Source of the DNA: a virus
Lineage: Duplodnaviria; Caudoviricetes
Length of the DNA: 52,640 nt
Virus record (IMG/VR): IMGVR_UViG_3300002854_000247
Location: 1 to 52,640 of that record
Reading direction: 5' to 3' (one strand)
Part shown: positions 1 to 8,723 of the stretch, one piece after another
How positions within the stretch are numbered: position 1 is the first letter of the stretch
How the letters are laid out: every line of letters begins with the position of its first letter
Program-made: the position numbers and the translations under genes
Notes under the pieces: model-generated
What the model saw: only the letters and a program-made list of their open reading frames with translations
The model's database searches: none
What the model was told of the DNA's origin: nothing

Positions 1-225
1 ATGAAAATTCGGGGACCACGATCTGACGAACGCAACGAGGACCGGTTTTTGCTCTGTGAGCAGGAGCTCGAGGACGCGTTTCAGAAGCTGATCTGGCAAG
101 CTATTCAGGCAGGATGGGATGAAGGCGAGGCCTGTGTGGCCATCGCCTCCTTGGCGGACCATCACGTACTAGCCATGCAATGCAACGAGCGAACGGCTGC
201 CTCCATCCGCAAGATCAAGCTTTAG
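1..225 (+). CDS. Hypothetical protein (rhizobial small protein)
   Basis: 74-aa ORF directly upstream of SRAP gene. Confidence 0.6.
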   Translation: MKIRGPRSDERNEDRFLLCEQELEDAFQKLIWQAIQAGWDEGEACVAIASLADHHVLAMQCNERTAASIRKIKL

Positions 226-235
226 GCGAGGAACT

Positions 236-910
236 ATGTGCGGACGCTTCACGCAGATGCTGCCATGGCGCGAACTAGTCGCGCTCTACCGTCTTACGGA
301 AAACATGAAGACCCGGAATACCGAGGCGCGGTTCAATATCGCCCCGACGCAAACGGTGCCCTTCATCCGGCTCGATAAGGACGGCAACCAAGTCGTTGAC
401 GACGGTCGCTGGTGGCTGATCCCGCACTGGGCCAAGGAAGCGTCCAAGGCGGCGATGTTCAACGCGCGCATCGAAACAGTGGCGACAACTGCAGGATTTC
501 GCGACGCGTTCAAGGCGCGCCGCTGTCTTATCCCCGCCGACGGCTTTTATGAATGGACAAAGGCCGATGACGGCGGGAAAGACCCGTGGCTGATCCAGAT
601 GCCTGGCGGCGCGCCCTACGCCTTCGCTGGTCTGTGGGCGCACAACACCAGAATGGAAACACCGATCACGAGCTGCACGATCATCACGGGGCCGGCAGTC
701 GCTCCCATCAGCAAAATCCACGATAGAATGCCGATCATTCTGGACCCGGCCGTTTTCGATGCCTGGCTAAATCCCGCCACGCCAGTTGAAAACCTCATCG
801 GCATTTTGGCGCATCACCTTGACGCTCAGATGCAAATGCATCGGGTGAGCCGTGAAGTGAACAAGGCCACCTTCCAAGGCCGGCCAGAGCCGATCGTCAA
901 TTCGCTGTGA
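236..910 (+). CDS. SOS response-associated peptidase (SRAP/HMCES family, abasic-site protection)
   Basis: N-terminal MCGRF, FNAR.ET, RRCLIPADGFYEW, IHDRMP motifs; GAGG SD. Confidence 0.95.
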   Translation: MCGRFTQMLPWRELVALYRLTENMKTRNTEARFNIAPTQTVPFIRLDKDGNQVVDDGRWWLIPHWAKEASKAAMFNARIETVATTAGFRDAFKARRCLIPADGFYEWTKADDGGKDPWLIQMPGGAPYAFAGLWAHNTRMETPITSCTIITGPAVAPISKIHDRMPIILDPAVFDAWLNPATPVENLIGILAHHLDAQMQMHRVSREVNKATFQGRPEPIVNSL

Positions 911-984
911 TTTACGCCGTCTCAGCCCTTGCGGTTGTTTCCGCCCTTCTCGCCGTCTCCCGCCCGTCGATTTGGTCGCTTTTC

Positions 985-1013
985 GCAGCCGCCGCCCTGA
1001 ATGGTGCGGCTGC
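985..1013. terminator. Putative hairpin between convergent genes
   Basis: GCAGCCGC...GCGGCTGC stem. Confidence 0.4.
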
Positions 1014-1055
1014 TTGGTTGGCTCTTAGCGTCTTTATGGGGTGGTAGGCTGAGGG

Positions 1056-1304
1056 CTAGTCGTCCTTGGGCTGGTCTGCCTCTTCATAGCTCTTCTCAGC
1101 CGCAGCGACCATTGCCTCGCGCTCCTTTTGCGCGAGGTGCTCCCATGCCCAGATCACGGCCTTGACGTGCTTCGGCACGCCGCCGTCGAACTTCTCCCCG
1201 AGCTGACGCGAGACCGTGTTCTCCGCCTGCCCTGTCAGAACGGCAAGCAGCTTCTGGCTTAACCCAGCTTTCTTCGCTCTCAACTGCCACGGCTTTCCAT
1301 CCAT
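1056..1304 (-). CDS. Small XRE/HTH transcriptional regulator (start could be GTG at 1355)
   Basis: LRAKKAGLSQKLLAVLTGQAENTVSRQL HTH pattern; divergent from 1443 operon. Confidence 0.7.
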   Translation of the reverse strand: MDGKPWQLRAKKAGLSQKLLAVLTGQAENTVSRQLGEKFDGGVPKHVKAVIWAWEHLAQKEREAMVAAAEKSYEEADQPKDD

Positions 1305-1344
1305 GGGGAGGATGGGTAGCCGAGATTCGCGGGTCTCGCAATCG

Positions 1345-1419
1345 ATCAACGTCACGTAGATTTGCCTCTTGCGTTAATAATCAACATGTCGTAAATATTA
1401 ATCTACGCAACGTAGATTA
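1345..1419. promoter_or_regulatory. Three related palindromic operators ATC(T/A)AC(G/A)-N3-CGTA(G/A)AT in a divergent promoter region
   Basis: ATCAACGtcaCGTAGAT (1345), ATCAACAtgtCGTAAAT (1380), perfect TAATCTACGcaaCGTAGATTA (1399-1419). Confidence 0.7.
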
Positions 1420-1442
1420 TCAATCCTTGATTGGAGAGCAAG

Positions 1443-1652
1443 ATGAACGTGCAAAAGGTAGCCATGCTCCAGTTGAAAGCTGCTCAGGCGACGAACTTCG
1501 CGATGCTGTGTTCGGAGAAGCTGGACGTTTCTATGCCGTGGCAAGAGTACGAGTCATGGCTTGACGACGCCCGCGAATACCAGCGTCAGGCGAAATTCCT
1601 TTCGGCCTGCGCGCGTCAAGAGATGGGGGTGGAAAATGTTCACGGCCGATGA
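1443..1652 (+). CDS. Hypothetical phage protein
   Basis: GGAG SD, ATG at 1443, first gene of coupled operon. Confidence 0.65.
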   Translation: MNVQKVAMLQLKAAQATNFAMLCSEKLDVSMPWQEYESWLDDAREYQRQAKFLSACARQEMGVENVHGR

Positions 1653-1860
1653 CGCCCGTAAGGGTAATGAGGATGAGTTAGACGACCGGATCGCTTATGC
1701 GGTCCGGAACAACCGTCAAGGCAACGGCGCGTACATGCGCATCTACGATGACGACAGTTTTCGTCATCGCATAGCGAGCGAACTTGAACGACGTGGTTTC
1801 AAAAACGTCAACGCGCCGAGCTTCTGCATCAAAACCGATGTCTATTTCGAGTGGGATTGA
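1636..1860 (+). CDS. Hypothetical phage protein
   Basis: GGGGGTGG SD, MFTADDARK start overlapping previous gene. Confidence 0.65.
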   Translation: MFTADDARKGNEDELDDRIAYAVRNNRQGNGAYMRIYDDDSFRHRIASELERRGFKNVNAPSFCIKTDVYFEWD

Positions 1861-1864
1861 TTTC

Positions 1865-2140
1865 ATGACGTACGGTGTCTTCCGAACATCCCACAAGTTC
1901 TACCACTCGCGCCCTCCGGCTAACTGCGTCTCCGCAAGAGAGGCTTGGGACGTCCTCATTCAAGATGGGCCTATCGTCAGTATGCGGCTGCTCGACGGTC
2001 TATGGATGTGCGAGAGGCCGAATGGCGACCTTGATAATGTCGAGAATGTGTTCGAGCTGGATCGTCGCAAGACCAAAGAGCGCGCCAAGTACGCGGCGCA
2101 GGGCTCCACCATAGGCACAAAGGGGGGCGACCATGGCTAG
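1865..2140 (+). CDS. Hypothetical phage protein
   Basis: ATG 4 nt after previous stop. Confidence 0.5.
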   Translation: MTYGVFRTSHKFYHSRPPANCVSAREAWDVLIQDGPIVSMRLLDGLWMCERPNGDLDNVENVFELDRRKTKERAKYAAQGSTIGTKGGDHG

Positions 2141-3017
2141 GGCACTTCCCAAGGTTTCCGGTTACTCACCAGTCGAGCCTATAGTTTCTCGACAAGAATT
2201 GAACGTCTCTCGTCAACATCGCAATCTGCACTTTGCAATTTTCGATTTCCGTAGGAAGTCTCTTTACACGTTCGATGCGCTTAACTTCCTCGGAACGAAA
2301 TCTCTGCTCGCCTCGGAGATAATTTCTTACCGTCTCGTCGTCAGGTTCAATCGTGCCGCTGGTAAGCGACGCGATGTCTCTCAACCTATAGAGCTGAGCG
2401 AGAGTGGCTTTAGCTTGAGAGGAAAATGCGCCCCCGAAAAGATGGGCAGCGTCAGTCCATGCCGCGTCTTTAAAGCAATCTGCCGCGCGATCACTCAAAA
2501 GAGAGATGCCATTTGCAGTATCGCGGTAGGTCGATACGTCAGCGTAAAAAGTAGCTTCGCTCCGAATAACCAGGGGCTGTTCGAAATGAAGCGCTTCCTG
2601 CAAATCCTTCAAGGCCGGCATGATTGCGAAGAATGCACGGTCGATAATCAGACCATCGTTTCGCAGCTGGACGCGCATCAATTCATCGTGCCGTCGGTCG
2701 CTTTCTTCGTCCGCGCGTCGCATTTCTCCGACGGTAATGTAAGCCGCTATTATCGCGAGAATGCCCGTGAGAAGGCTTTGGTAGTCGTACACAATGCCCG
2801 CAACATAGCTCGTTGCCCGGCCATCTTTGCTGACCGCGCCCACCTTAGCGAGGTGCACGGTAAAAGTGACTGCGACGCTAATCGCAATGCCCCAAAAAAA
2901 CGCCCTCAAATTTTCTCTCATGTTCGCGCCCCGAGTGATTTCGGCCAAATTGCTACTTGCCGACAGATCGCGCAACAAGGCATCGCCGCCACCGGCGCGA
3001 ACGGGCTCCGAGGATGA
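2133..3017 (+). other. Sense 'bridge' ORF (294 aa) spanning antisense gene 2166-2921
   Basis: Starts with SD (GGGGGG) overlapping the stop of the 1865 gene; ends in an ATGA overlap with the next bridge ORF. Confidence 0.5.
2166..2921 (-). CDS. Accessory membrane protein (2 N-terminal TM helices + soluble domain)
   Basis: Two hydrophobic segments; sigma70-like TTGCGC...TAGCAAT upstream; lower GC. Confidence 0.75.
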   Translation of the reverse strand: MRENLRAFFWGIAISVAVTFTVHLAKVGAVSKDGRATSYVAGIVYDYQSLLTGILAIIAAYITVGEMRRADEESDRRHDELMRVQLRNDGLIIDRAFFAIMPALKDLQEALHFEQPLVIRSEATFYADVSTYRDTANGISLLSDRAADCFKDAAWTDAAHLFGGAFSSQAKATLAQLYRLRDIASLTSGTIEPDDETVRNYLRGEQRFRSEEVKRIERVKRLPTEIENCKVQIAMLTRDVQFLSRNYRLDW

Positions 3018-3817
3018 CAGCTAGTCTACTGATGAACAAAATCGTCCAGCGGGATGCTGGTCTCTATAACGGTTTTATGCCGGGCTCCGGGAAAACGCCC
3101 AAACACTCGTACTGCTATCATCCCCGGATAGCTTCCGGAAAGCGGGGTTTCTTCGTCACGATTCGTCCACCTGAACTCAAAATCCAGAACAAACGGTCGA
3201 TCCTGACGGTCAATCCAGCCAGAAACCTTTGGGATACCGCCCAGAGTGCCATCCTCGCTCAAAAGGTAAACCGAACCTACAACATTCTCTGGCTTCTCGA
3301 TTTCATACCTAACGACGAAACGAGGGCGGGGGTATTCGATCGAGCACGCCAGATCAATTCGGTCGATGAGGAAGGTTCGGCGGTTCCAGTTTACGATACG
3401 AAATCCGGGACCGCTGCCATTCCGCGCACGTCGCTGAGATTCGATCGTGGGAGGCTCGTCGCCGACTATGAAAGCTGTCTGCCTTCTCAACTCCCTCAGT
3501 TGAGCGACGATCGGCCAGAGCGCCGCAATGGCTGTGCCCCCGGCGAACCAACCGCTAGAGGCCCCAACCCAATCCCGAAAGCACATTTCGTCCGTTGGAA
3601 GGCACAACGGCTCGGTGCTCAAGAGATACACGCCCATCAAGAAGAAAGGCACCAGGAGGCCAATCAATATCCCCCACAGGACCCAATACCACTTCCGTTC
3701 TCGCCGGTCTTCCAAAGCGTCCACCTTTTCAGTTGGCTCAACTTAGGCCTTTGGGGCAATAAACAACAAGGGGAGAACGCCACCCTAAACGCAAGTGGAG
3801 CCAAGGAACAAACCTGA
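3014..3817 (+). other. Sense 'bridge' ORF (267 aa) spanning antisense gene 3026-3724
   Basis: GAGG-ATGA start coupled to stop at 3017; open across the whole antisense gene. Confidence 0.45.
3026..3724 (-). CDS. Accessory membrane protein (2 TM helices + soluble domain)
   Basis: WYWVLWGILIGLLVPFFLMG and GWFAGGTAIAALWPIV hydrophobic segments. Confidence 0.75.
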   Translation of the reverse strand: MDALEDRRERKWYWVLWGILIGLLVPFFLMGVYLLSTEPLCLPTDEMCFRDWVGASSGWFAGGTAIAALWPIVAQLRELRRQTAFIVGDEPPTIESQRRARNGSGPGFRIVNWNRRTFLIDRIDLACSIEYPRPRFVVRYEIEKPENVVGSVYLLSEDGTLGGIPKVSGWIDRQDRPFVLDFEFRWTNRDEETPLSGSYPGMIAVRVFGRFPGARHKTVIETSIPLDDFVHQ

Positions 3818-3857
3818 GCAGACCGCAATTATCTCGATGCGCTTGGCCAAACCTCTA

Positions 3858-3883
3858 ACCCCGCCCTGAGCGGGGTTCTTTTC
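3858..3883 (+). terminator. Rho-independent terminator-like hairpin
   Basis: AACCCCGC-cctga-GCGGGGTT followed by T-run. Confidence 0.55.
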
Positions 3884-3899
3884 TGCGTAGGAGGATGGA

Positions 3900-4157
3900 A
3901 TGGACGACAGTAGCTGGGAAGAGCCGATCACGTTCGAAACCAACAGGCTCGGGAAGTACTGGACCGTAACCAGCACTGCTGAAGCAGCAAGAGCGTTGAT
4001 GGAGAGATGGCCGGTCGATACCGGCGAGGCCTATGAGGCGGCCCTGAGAACGTGTCTGGCGGCTATGGAGGGAAGAGAGACGCCCGACGATGCGCGAGGG
4101 GCGTTCCTGAAGGCAGCCGAAGAGGCAGACGTGTTTATTCGGACGGGAGGTTATTGA
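3900..4157 (+). CDS. DUF982 family protein
   Basis: VTSTAEAARALMERWP...AR.AFLKAAEEA pattern; AGGAGG SD. Confidence 0.8.
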   Translation: MDDSSWEEPITFETNRLGKYWTVTSTAEAARALMERWPVDTGEAYEAALRTCLAAMEGRETPDDARGAFLKAAEEADVFIRTGGY

Positions 4158-4420
4158 TGAGCGGGTACCCGGATCTCAGCGAGGCATTTCGGACGGCGCC
4201 AGTGATTTACCTCGCCCCGACGGCGCCTCGCGATGGCACACCTATCGCCGCCCGAAACGACGAAGGTGAGATGGACATTATCCGCTGGAGAACCGTCCCA
4301 GACCTTGAGCCTGGCTATGAGCCTTATTGGGCCTCGTTCGCGACTGACGAGCTTTTTGAATTCCTGGACTGGATACCATCACCGCTGATCATTGATCAGA
4401 TATTGGTGATCTACGGGTAG
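4157..4420 (+). CDS. Hypothetical protein
   Basis: TGATG overlap, GGAGG SD, TAPRDGT motif common in phage proteins. Confidence 0.6.
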   Translation: MSGYPDLSEAFRTAPVIYLAPTAPRDGTPIAARNDEGEMDIIRWRTVPDLEPGYEPYWASFATDELFEFLDWIPSPLIIDQILVIYG

Positions 4421-4802
4421 ACTGCCGCAGTGTGCGCTCTATTCCACCCTGTTGCACAAAGCATCATACGCCTGCCGGCCGGCGCGGTAATCTACTTCGG
4501 GATGTCAATGGGATGGTGGTGAAGCAAAGGACGCGGCGAACAACTATGGTTGACCTCGACGAGGCAGCCCGGACGAAAACCTACTTCAGAAAGGCGTCAT
4601 GGACCGGGAAGAAGAGGGTAAATTATCGAGCTCTTGGCCGAGCTATAAAAGCCCTCGATGGCGTTGTCCAAGCGCAGTGGAAAGCGTAGCACCTATGCCG
4701 CGATCTGGCATCCATGAAAGCGTGGGACATTAACCCGCGCGCTACTTAAAATTGCTTAAGTTAAGACTTGAATGAAAACTGCTCATAGCCCATCTAGGAG
4801 GA

Positions 4803-4864
4803 TGGCTTGCATTTGCGAGCCAAAAACAGAGCGGCCCGGAAGGTGTTGGAGCACCGTCCGGGCC
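4803..4864 (+). promoter_or_regulatory. Structured leader (two hairpins) upstream of KilA-N gene
   Basis: TGGCTTGC-attt-GCGAGCCA and GGCCCGGA...TCCGGGCC stems. Confidence 0.45.
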
Positions 4865-4981
4865 TGAAGTACCAACCTTGCGGCAGGCTATGTGATCACA
4901 TGACATTCATCTAGGCATTAATTTTCTGGTGTCAAGAGTCTAGCGCCTCCGCATAACGACATAAAGAAAGGTTTATGTCTT

Positions 4982-5743
4982 ATGCAGCAGCATTTTGATC
5001 TTATTCCTCATCAGGAATCGGGGACCCTTATCTATCAGCGGCCTGCCGATGGGTACATAAACGCCACCTCACTGTGTCAGGCGTCTGGCAAGCGATGGAA
5101 CGATTATGTCGTACTGAGCGCAACAAAGTCATTTCTGGGCTCGTTATCTACCGAAACCGGAATTCCGGTTTCGGTACTTGTGCAGTCTTTTAAAGGCGGA
5201 GATGTGCGGTTCCAAGGAACCTGGGTCCACCCGCAGGTAGCCATTAATCTCGCCCAATGGCTTTCTGGTGCGTTTGCGGTAAAGGTTAGCAGGTGGGTCT
5301 TCGACTGGATGTCAGGGGCGGCCAGACCCCGAGCGCCGGAAATGCCCTATCATCTGCGCAGGTACGTCGCAAACCAAGCCAACGTTCCCATTGGCCATTT
5401 CTCGATTCTTTCTGAATTGAGCATTGCGCTCATCGCGCCGATGGAGAACCAAGGATATACTCTACCGGAACACTTGGTGCCGGACATTTCCCATGGCCTT
5501 ATGTTCTGCAAGTGGCTGCGGTCTAAGGGCGTGGATACAGACGCCCTTCCTAAATATGTGCACGCCTATGAAGACGGTAGGCGAGTGCAGGCTAAGGCAT
5601 ACCCAGAAGCCTTACTTGCTGACTGGAGACGACATTTCCGCGAGGAGTGGCTTCCAAACAAGGCTGTCGAGTATTTCCGAGGGCGGGACAACGCTGCGCT
5701 TCAATACCTTCCAAAACTTCTGCCGAAGCCGAAAGTTGCTTAA
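4982..5743 (+). CDS. KilA-N domain protein with BstA-like C-terminal domain
   Basis: DGYINATSLC...GTWVHPQVAINLAQWLS = KilA-N; C-terminal VP.GHFSIL.E...VPDISHG...AYP..LL. Confidence 0.85.
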   Translation: MQQHFDLIPHQESGTLIYQRPADGYINATSLCQASGKRWNDYVVLSATKSFLGSLSTETGIPVSVLVQSFKGGDVRFQGTWVHPQVAINLAQWLSGAFAVKVSRWVFDWMSGAARPRAPEMPYHLRRYVANQANVPIGHFSILSELSIALIAPMENQGYTLPEHLVPDISHGLMFCKWLRSKGVDTDALPKYVHAYEDGRRVQAKAYPEALLADWRRHFREEWLPNKAVEYFRGRDNAALQYLPKLLPKPKVA

Positions 5744-5851
5744 CTTGGCACCTTATCCAAGGTGGATTTCATCTGAACTGACCTTTCGCCGGGGAACCAG
5801 GAACTGCGCAACGCGCGAGAGGTCGATTTAAATCGTTAAAGGAATAGTTAC

Positions 5852-6427
5852 ATGATGAAAGGTCAACCCTTGTTTCACGATGGGGATCTCAGCCACTACC
5901 TTCGCGGCGAGACCCAAGAAATTGAAGCATATGTCCGCAAGAAGTTGGGCGAAGGCGACCTGGCTAAGTCTGACGAAGAAATCGTCGCTGACCTATTGCC
6001 AGGGGCGCGCGTCGGCGCCATCGAGGTCAACTTTGATGATCCGGTTCGCAACGTCGCTGAAGCTCAAGTTGAAGTGGCGGACCAATTTCGTGGCGGTCGC
6101 ATTAAGGTGGCAGGTATTCGAGTGACGAAAGCGTTCCCCTACAAGGGCCAGCAACTCCTTTTCAAGTTACAGCCAAATTCCTACACAGCAAGGCTTCCTT
6201 ACGCCGATGTGACGCGCACTCATGTAGTCTTGATCTATGAGGGACGCAGCGATGAGGAGGCGGTTAAACGCGAGATCGCTGAAATGGAAGGCATCCTGAA
6301 GTTTTATGTTGACGCATCCTATCGCCAGGTCGAAACGCACGACGCATCCATTCCCGCTCTCTTGATGGATGCGGTTAAGCGCAGGCGGGCCCACTTGGGC
6401 GAGGTTTCGAAAATCAAAGACTTCTAG
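5852..6427 (+). CDS. Hypothetical accessory protein
   Basis: AAGGA SD, 191-aa ORF followed by terminator. Confidence 0.75.
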   Translation: MMKGQPLFHDGDLSHYLRGETQEIEAYVRKKLGEGDLAKSDEEIVADLLPGARVGAIEVNFDDPVRNVAEAQVEVADQFRGGRIKVAGIRVTKAFPYKGQQLLFKLQPNSYTARLPYADVTRTHVVLIYEGRSDEEAVKREIAEMEGILKFYVDASYRQVETHDASIPALLMDAVKRRRAHLGEVSKIKDF

Positions 6428-6450
6428 CCAATTCGGTGCACTCTGAAACC

Positions 6451-6487
6451 AAAAAAAGCGCCGCCCGGCGCTTCCGGGCGGCGCTTC
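6451..6487. terminator. Bidirectional terminator ending the late operon
   Basis: AAGCGCCGCCCGG-cgctt-CCGGGCGGCGCTT with A-run (U-run on - strand). Confidence 0.85.
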
Positions 6488-6505
6488 CCTTTGGGTGTGA
6501 GGCAG

Positions 6506-6952
6506 CTACTTGCGTTCGATCCCGCTACGTTGCCCAGCCTCAATGCGTTGAAGGATCTCGCGCACCACCTTGATGTCGCCCGCCTGTTGGCTCACGAGAT
6601 TCTGAAGCTCACGAATGGCAGTGGCGGTCGACGTCGTCGATTGCTCGGTAACGGTGACGCGGTACGCAAGGTTTTCGATCTGGGAGACGGCCTTGCGCGT
6701 ATCGGCTTCCAAGCTGCGAAACCGCTCTTCAGAGCGCGCCTCCCCCGCTTTCACCTCGACAAGACGTTCCTTGTGAAGCTGCTCGTGACCGGTGCGCCAA
6801 GTTTGCAAATCCTCGATGTCGCGGCTCTTGTCGACCCAGATCGTCACGCCGCCGACGCACATGCCGACAAGAGTGATGAGCTGGATGACCGTGTTCAAAT
6901 TCCATTCCAGCGTTCTTGCACGGGTAATGCCCATGGTCTTCTCCTCGGTCAT
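6506..6952 (-). CDS. Lysis-cassette membrane protein (1 TM + coiled coil)
   Basis: Follows endolysin/holin; hydrophobic N-terminus, coiled-coil C-terminus. Confidence 0.75.
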   Translation of the reverse strand: MTEEKTMGITRARTLEWNLNTVIQLITLVGMCVGGVTIWVDKSRDIEDLQTWRTGHEQLHKERLVEVKAGEARSEERFRSLEADTRKAVSQIENLAYRVTVTEQSTTSTATAIRELQNLVSQQAGDIKVVREILQRIEAGQRSGIERK

Positions 6953-6970
6953 CCGCTCTTCCTGAGAAGT

Positions 6971-7150
6971 TCAGTTGGCGTTCTTCGGCGCCAGATACGT
7001 GAGCACGGCCGGCAGACCGACTGTGATGGCATAAAGCGCGAGATAGCCGTACCAGGGCGTGCCCTCCGGCATGAACGGCAGGCCGATAGTGCCGGTTGCA
7101 GCGCCGCCGGCAGCTGCGGCGATTGCTTTCGAAATCTTTTCCATGCTCAT
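6971..7150 (-). CDS. Putative holin (59 aa, 2 TM)
   Basis: AAGGA SD, MSMEKISK start, two hydrophobic segments, directly after endolysin. Confidence 0.65.
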   Translation of the reverse strand: MSMEKISKAIAAAAGGAATGTIGLPFMPEGTPWYGYLALYAITVGLPAVLTYLAPKNAN

Positions 7151-7164
7151 TTCCTTTTCAGGTT

Positions 7165-7905
7165 TCAGGCCGCAGCCTTGGTTTCGAAGATGGCCCGCAG
7201 GCGTGCGACCGTCGGCGCATCCAACTCGCCGGATTGATCGAGCCCGGAGGCGAGTTGGAAAGCTTTGACGGCGGCCATGGTCTTCTTGCCGGCGATGCCG
7301 TCGATCGGGCCGAGCACATAGCCGCCGCGTGTAAGGAGGCGTTGAAGGTAAGCAACGCGGGTATCCGGCCCTTCCAGCACCGGAGCGCTCGCCGGCTCCA
7401 GCGTGATCGGCTCCCAACTGCCCTTGATGTCCGCAACCGGCAGGCCGTGTTCCGCCGCCCAAGGAATGACATCGAAGCAGGGGCAGGCCTTCATGTGTTC
7501 GAAGGGCTCGATCACGCCATTGCCGTTCTGGTCCGGCGACAGGTCGCGGTGGCCGCACCACTTAATATCGGCGAAGTCCGCGGTAAGATCCTTCATGCGC
7601 TTGAACAGCGTGGCGAGTTGCGCATCACGGATCGTGTTGAAATCCGGCTTACCGGAGGCGTTGACGCCGCCGACCATCGAAATGCCATAGGAGATCGAGT
7701 TGAAGCCGGCGACATGCGCGCCGATCGCCATCTTCCCCCGCCCCATCTCGGGGGTGCCGTTCGGATTGATGATCTCGTTATAGCCGATGTCGGACCAGCC
7801 TTGAGCCTTGTGGATTGCCCGGATGCCGGCAGCGCCCTTATCCCAGCCCGGAGGCGTGGCAGTGACGTGCACGACCCCAAGCGTGGTGCGCTTGCGGTTT
7901 GCCAT
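7165..7905 (-). CDS. Endolysin: N-acetylmuramoyl-L-alanine amidase (T7 lysozyme-like) with C-terminal peptidoglycan-binding domain
   Basis: VVHVTAT, GWSDIGY, GAHVAGFN, GHRDL, KACPCFDV; IDGIAGKKTMAAVKAFQ PG-binding motif. Confidence 0.93.
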   Translation of the reverse strand: MANRKRTTLGVVHVTATPPGWDKGAAGIRAIHKAQGWSDIGYNEIINPNGTPEMGRGKMAIGAHVAGFNSISYGISMVGGVNASGKPDFNTIRDAQLATLFKRMKDLTADFADIKWCGHRDLSPDQNGNGVIEPFEHMKACPCFDVIPWAAEHGLPVADIKGSWEPITLEPASAPVLEGPDTRVAYLQRLLTRGGYVLGPIDGIAGKKTMAAVKAFQLASGLDQSGELDAPTVARLRAIFETKAAA

Positions 7906-7970
7906 GATCTATTTCCTTGATGAAGAAGGTTTTAGTTGCTGGTGATGCCGCTACGCGGCTGAGGTGGGCT

Positions 7971-7995
7971 GGAACCAACCGGCCTTGCTGGAGTT
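7971..7995 (+). promoter_or_regulatory. EcfG/RpoE2-type general-stress promoter
   Basis: GGAAC-N16-AGTT, 34 nt upstream of ATG 8029. Confidence 0.6.
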
Positions 7996-8028
7996 TTTGT
8001 GCTCGATAACCCAGCCAGCGAGGCGGCC

Positions 8029-8148
8029 ATGAATAACAAGTCACGGGACCAGATTGAGCGAGACAACACTTTGATTGCGGCCGGCGCGCTGATTGTCGCA
8101 GCAGCTATCGTAATTGGCTTTCCGCCTTGGCTGCTTTTCGGCGTCTAA
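8029..8148 (+). CDS. Unannotated 39-aa single-TM protein MNNKSRDQIERDNTLIAAGALIVAAAIVIGFPPWLLFGV
   Basis: GAGG SD, ATG...TAA read directly; antisense to late operon. Confidence 0.65.
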   Translation: MNNKSRDQIERDNTLIAAGALIVAAAIVIGFPPWLLFGV

Positions 8149-8285
8149 GGTCGCGTCAAACCTCCAACCCGACGAGCACTATCAAGTGCTCCAGCACCTG
8201 CAGGGTCGTGGTTATGGGGTGTGCTTCGTGAAAGAGGGGCCGAACCGACCGGCCTGTTGCGAGTATTTATGCCTCGGCCTCCCGA

Positions 8286-8723
8286 TCATTCGCCGGCCGG
8301 CAAGCTCCAATACTGATCGACCACGAAATCCGCGGGGATCGTCTCCATGTCCTTGAGGGCGCGGGCCGCGAAGATCAGGCACTGCTTGTGCGCCATAGCT
8401 GCCCGGCCGAGGGCGAACGTCGTCTGCGCATCCATCGGCACCAGCGTATTGTCGGCCGCGATCCACGCGAAATCCGTTTCGCCGCCGTGCCAGCGAAAGT
8501 CGCCCTCGACCGCGCCCCCGACCATGGCGGCAAAGGCCGCCGTCGATGCGCCGGCAATGTTTTCGCGATCCTCTGCCCGCGACTGGAACCGATGGCCGGC
8601 GAAATCGAACCCGGCGACAAGCCGACGATCCCGCTCGACAGTGATGGCCGCCCGCCGCTCTTCGCGCGCCGTTTCGGCCTTATCCTCGGCGGTGATAATC
8701 TTCGAGGGGTCAGGCGTCCACAT
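8286..8723 (-). CDS. Tail fibre assembly-type protein (DUF4376-like)
   Basis: ERDRRL..GF.FAGHRFQS...WIAADNTLVPMDA motif; GGAGGAG SD. Confidence 0.8.
   Translation of the reverse strand: MWTPDPSKIITAEDKAETAREERRAAITVERDRRLVAGFDFAGHRFQSRAEDRENIAGASTAAFAAMVGGAVEGDFRWHGGETDFAWIAADNTLVPMDAQTTFALGRAAMAHKQCLIFAARALKDMETIPADFVVDQYWSLPAGE

Noticed and set aside
4746-4764. CtrA box (TTAA-N7-TTAA)
   Set aside because: TTAA spacings are 6, 1 and 11, not 7
5793-5829. EcfG-type promoter for the 5852 gene
   Set aside because: GGAAC present twice but no TT element at the right spacing
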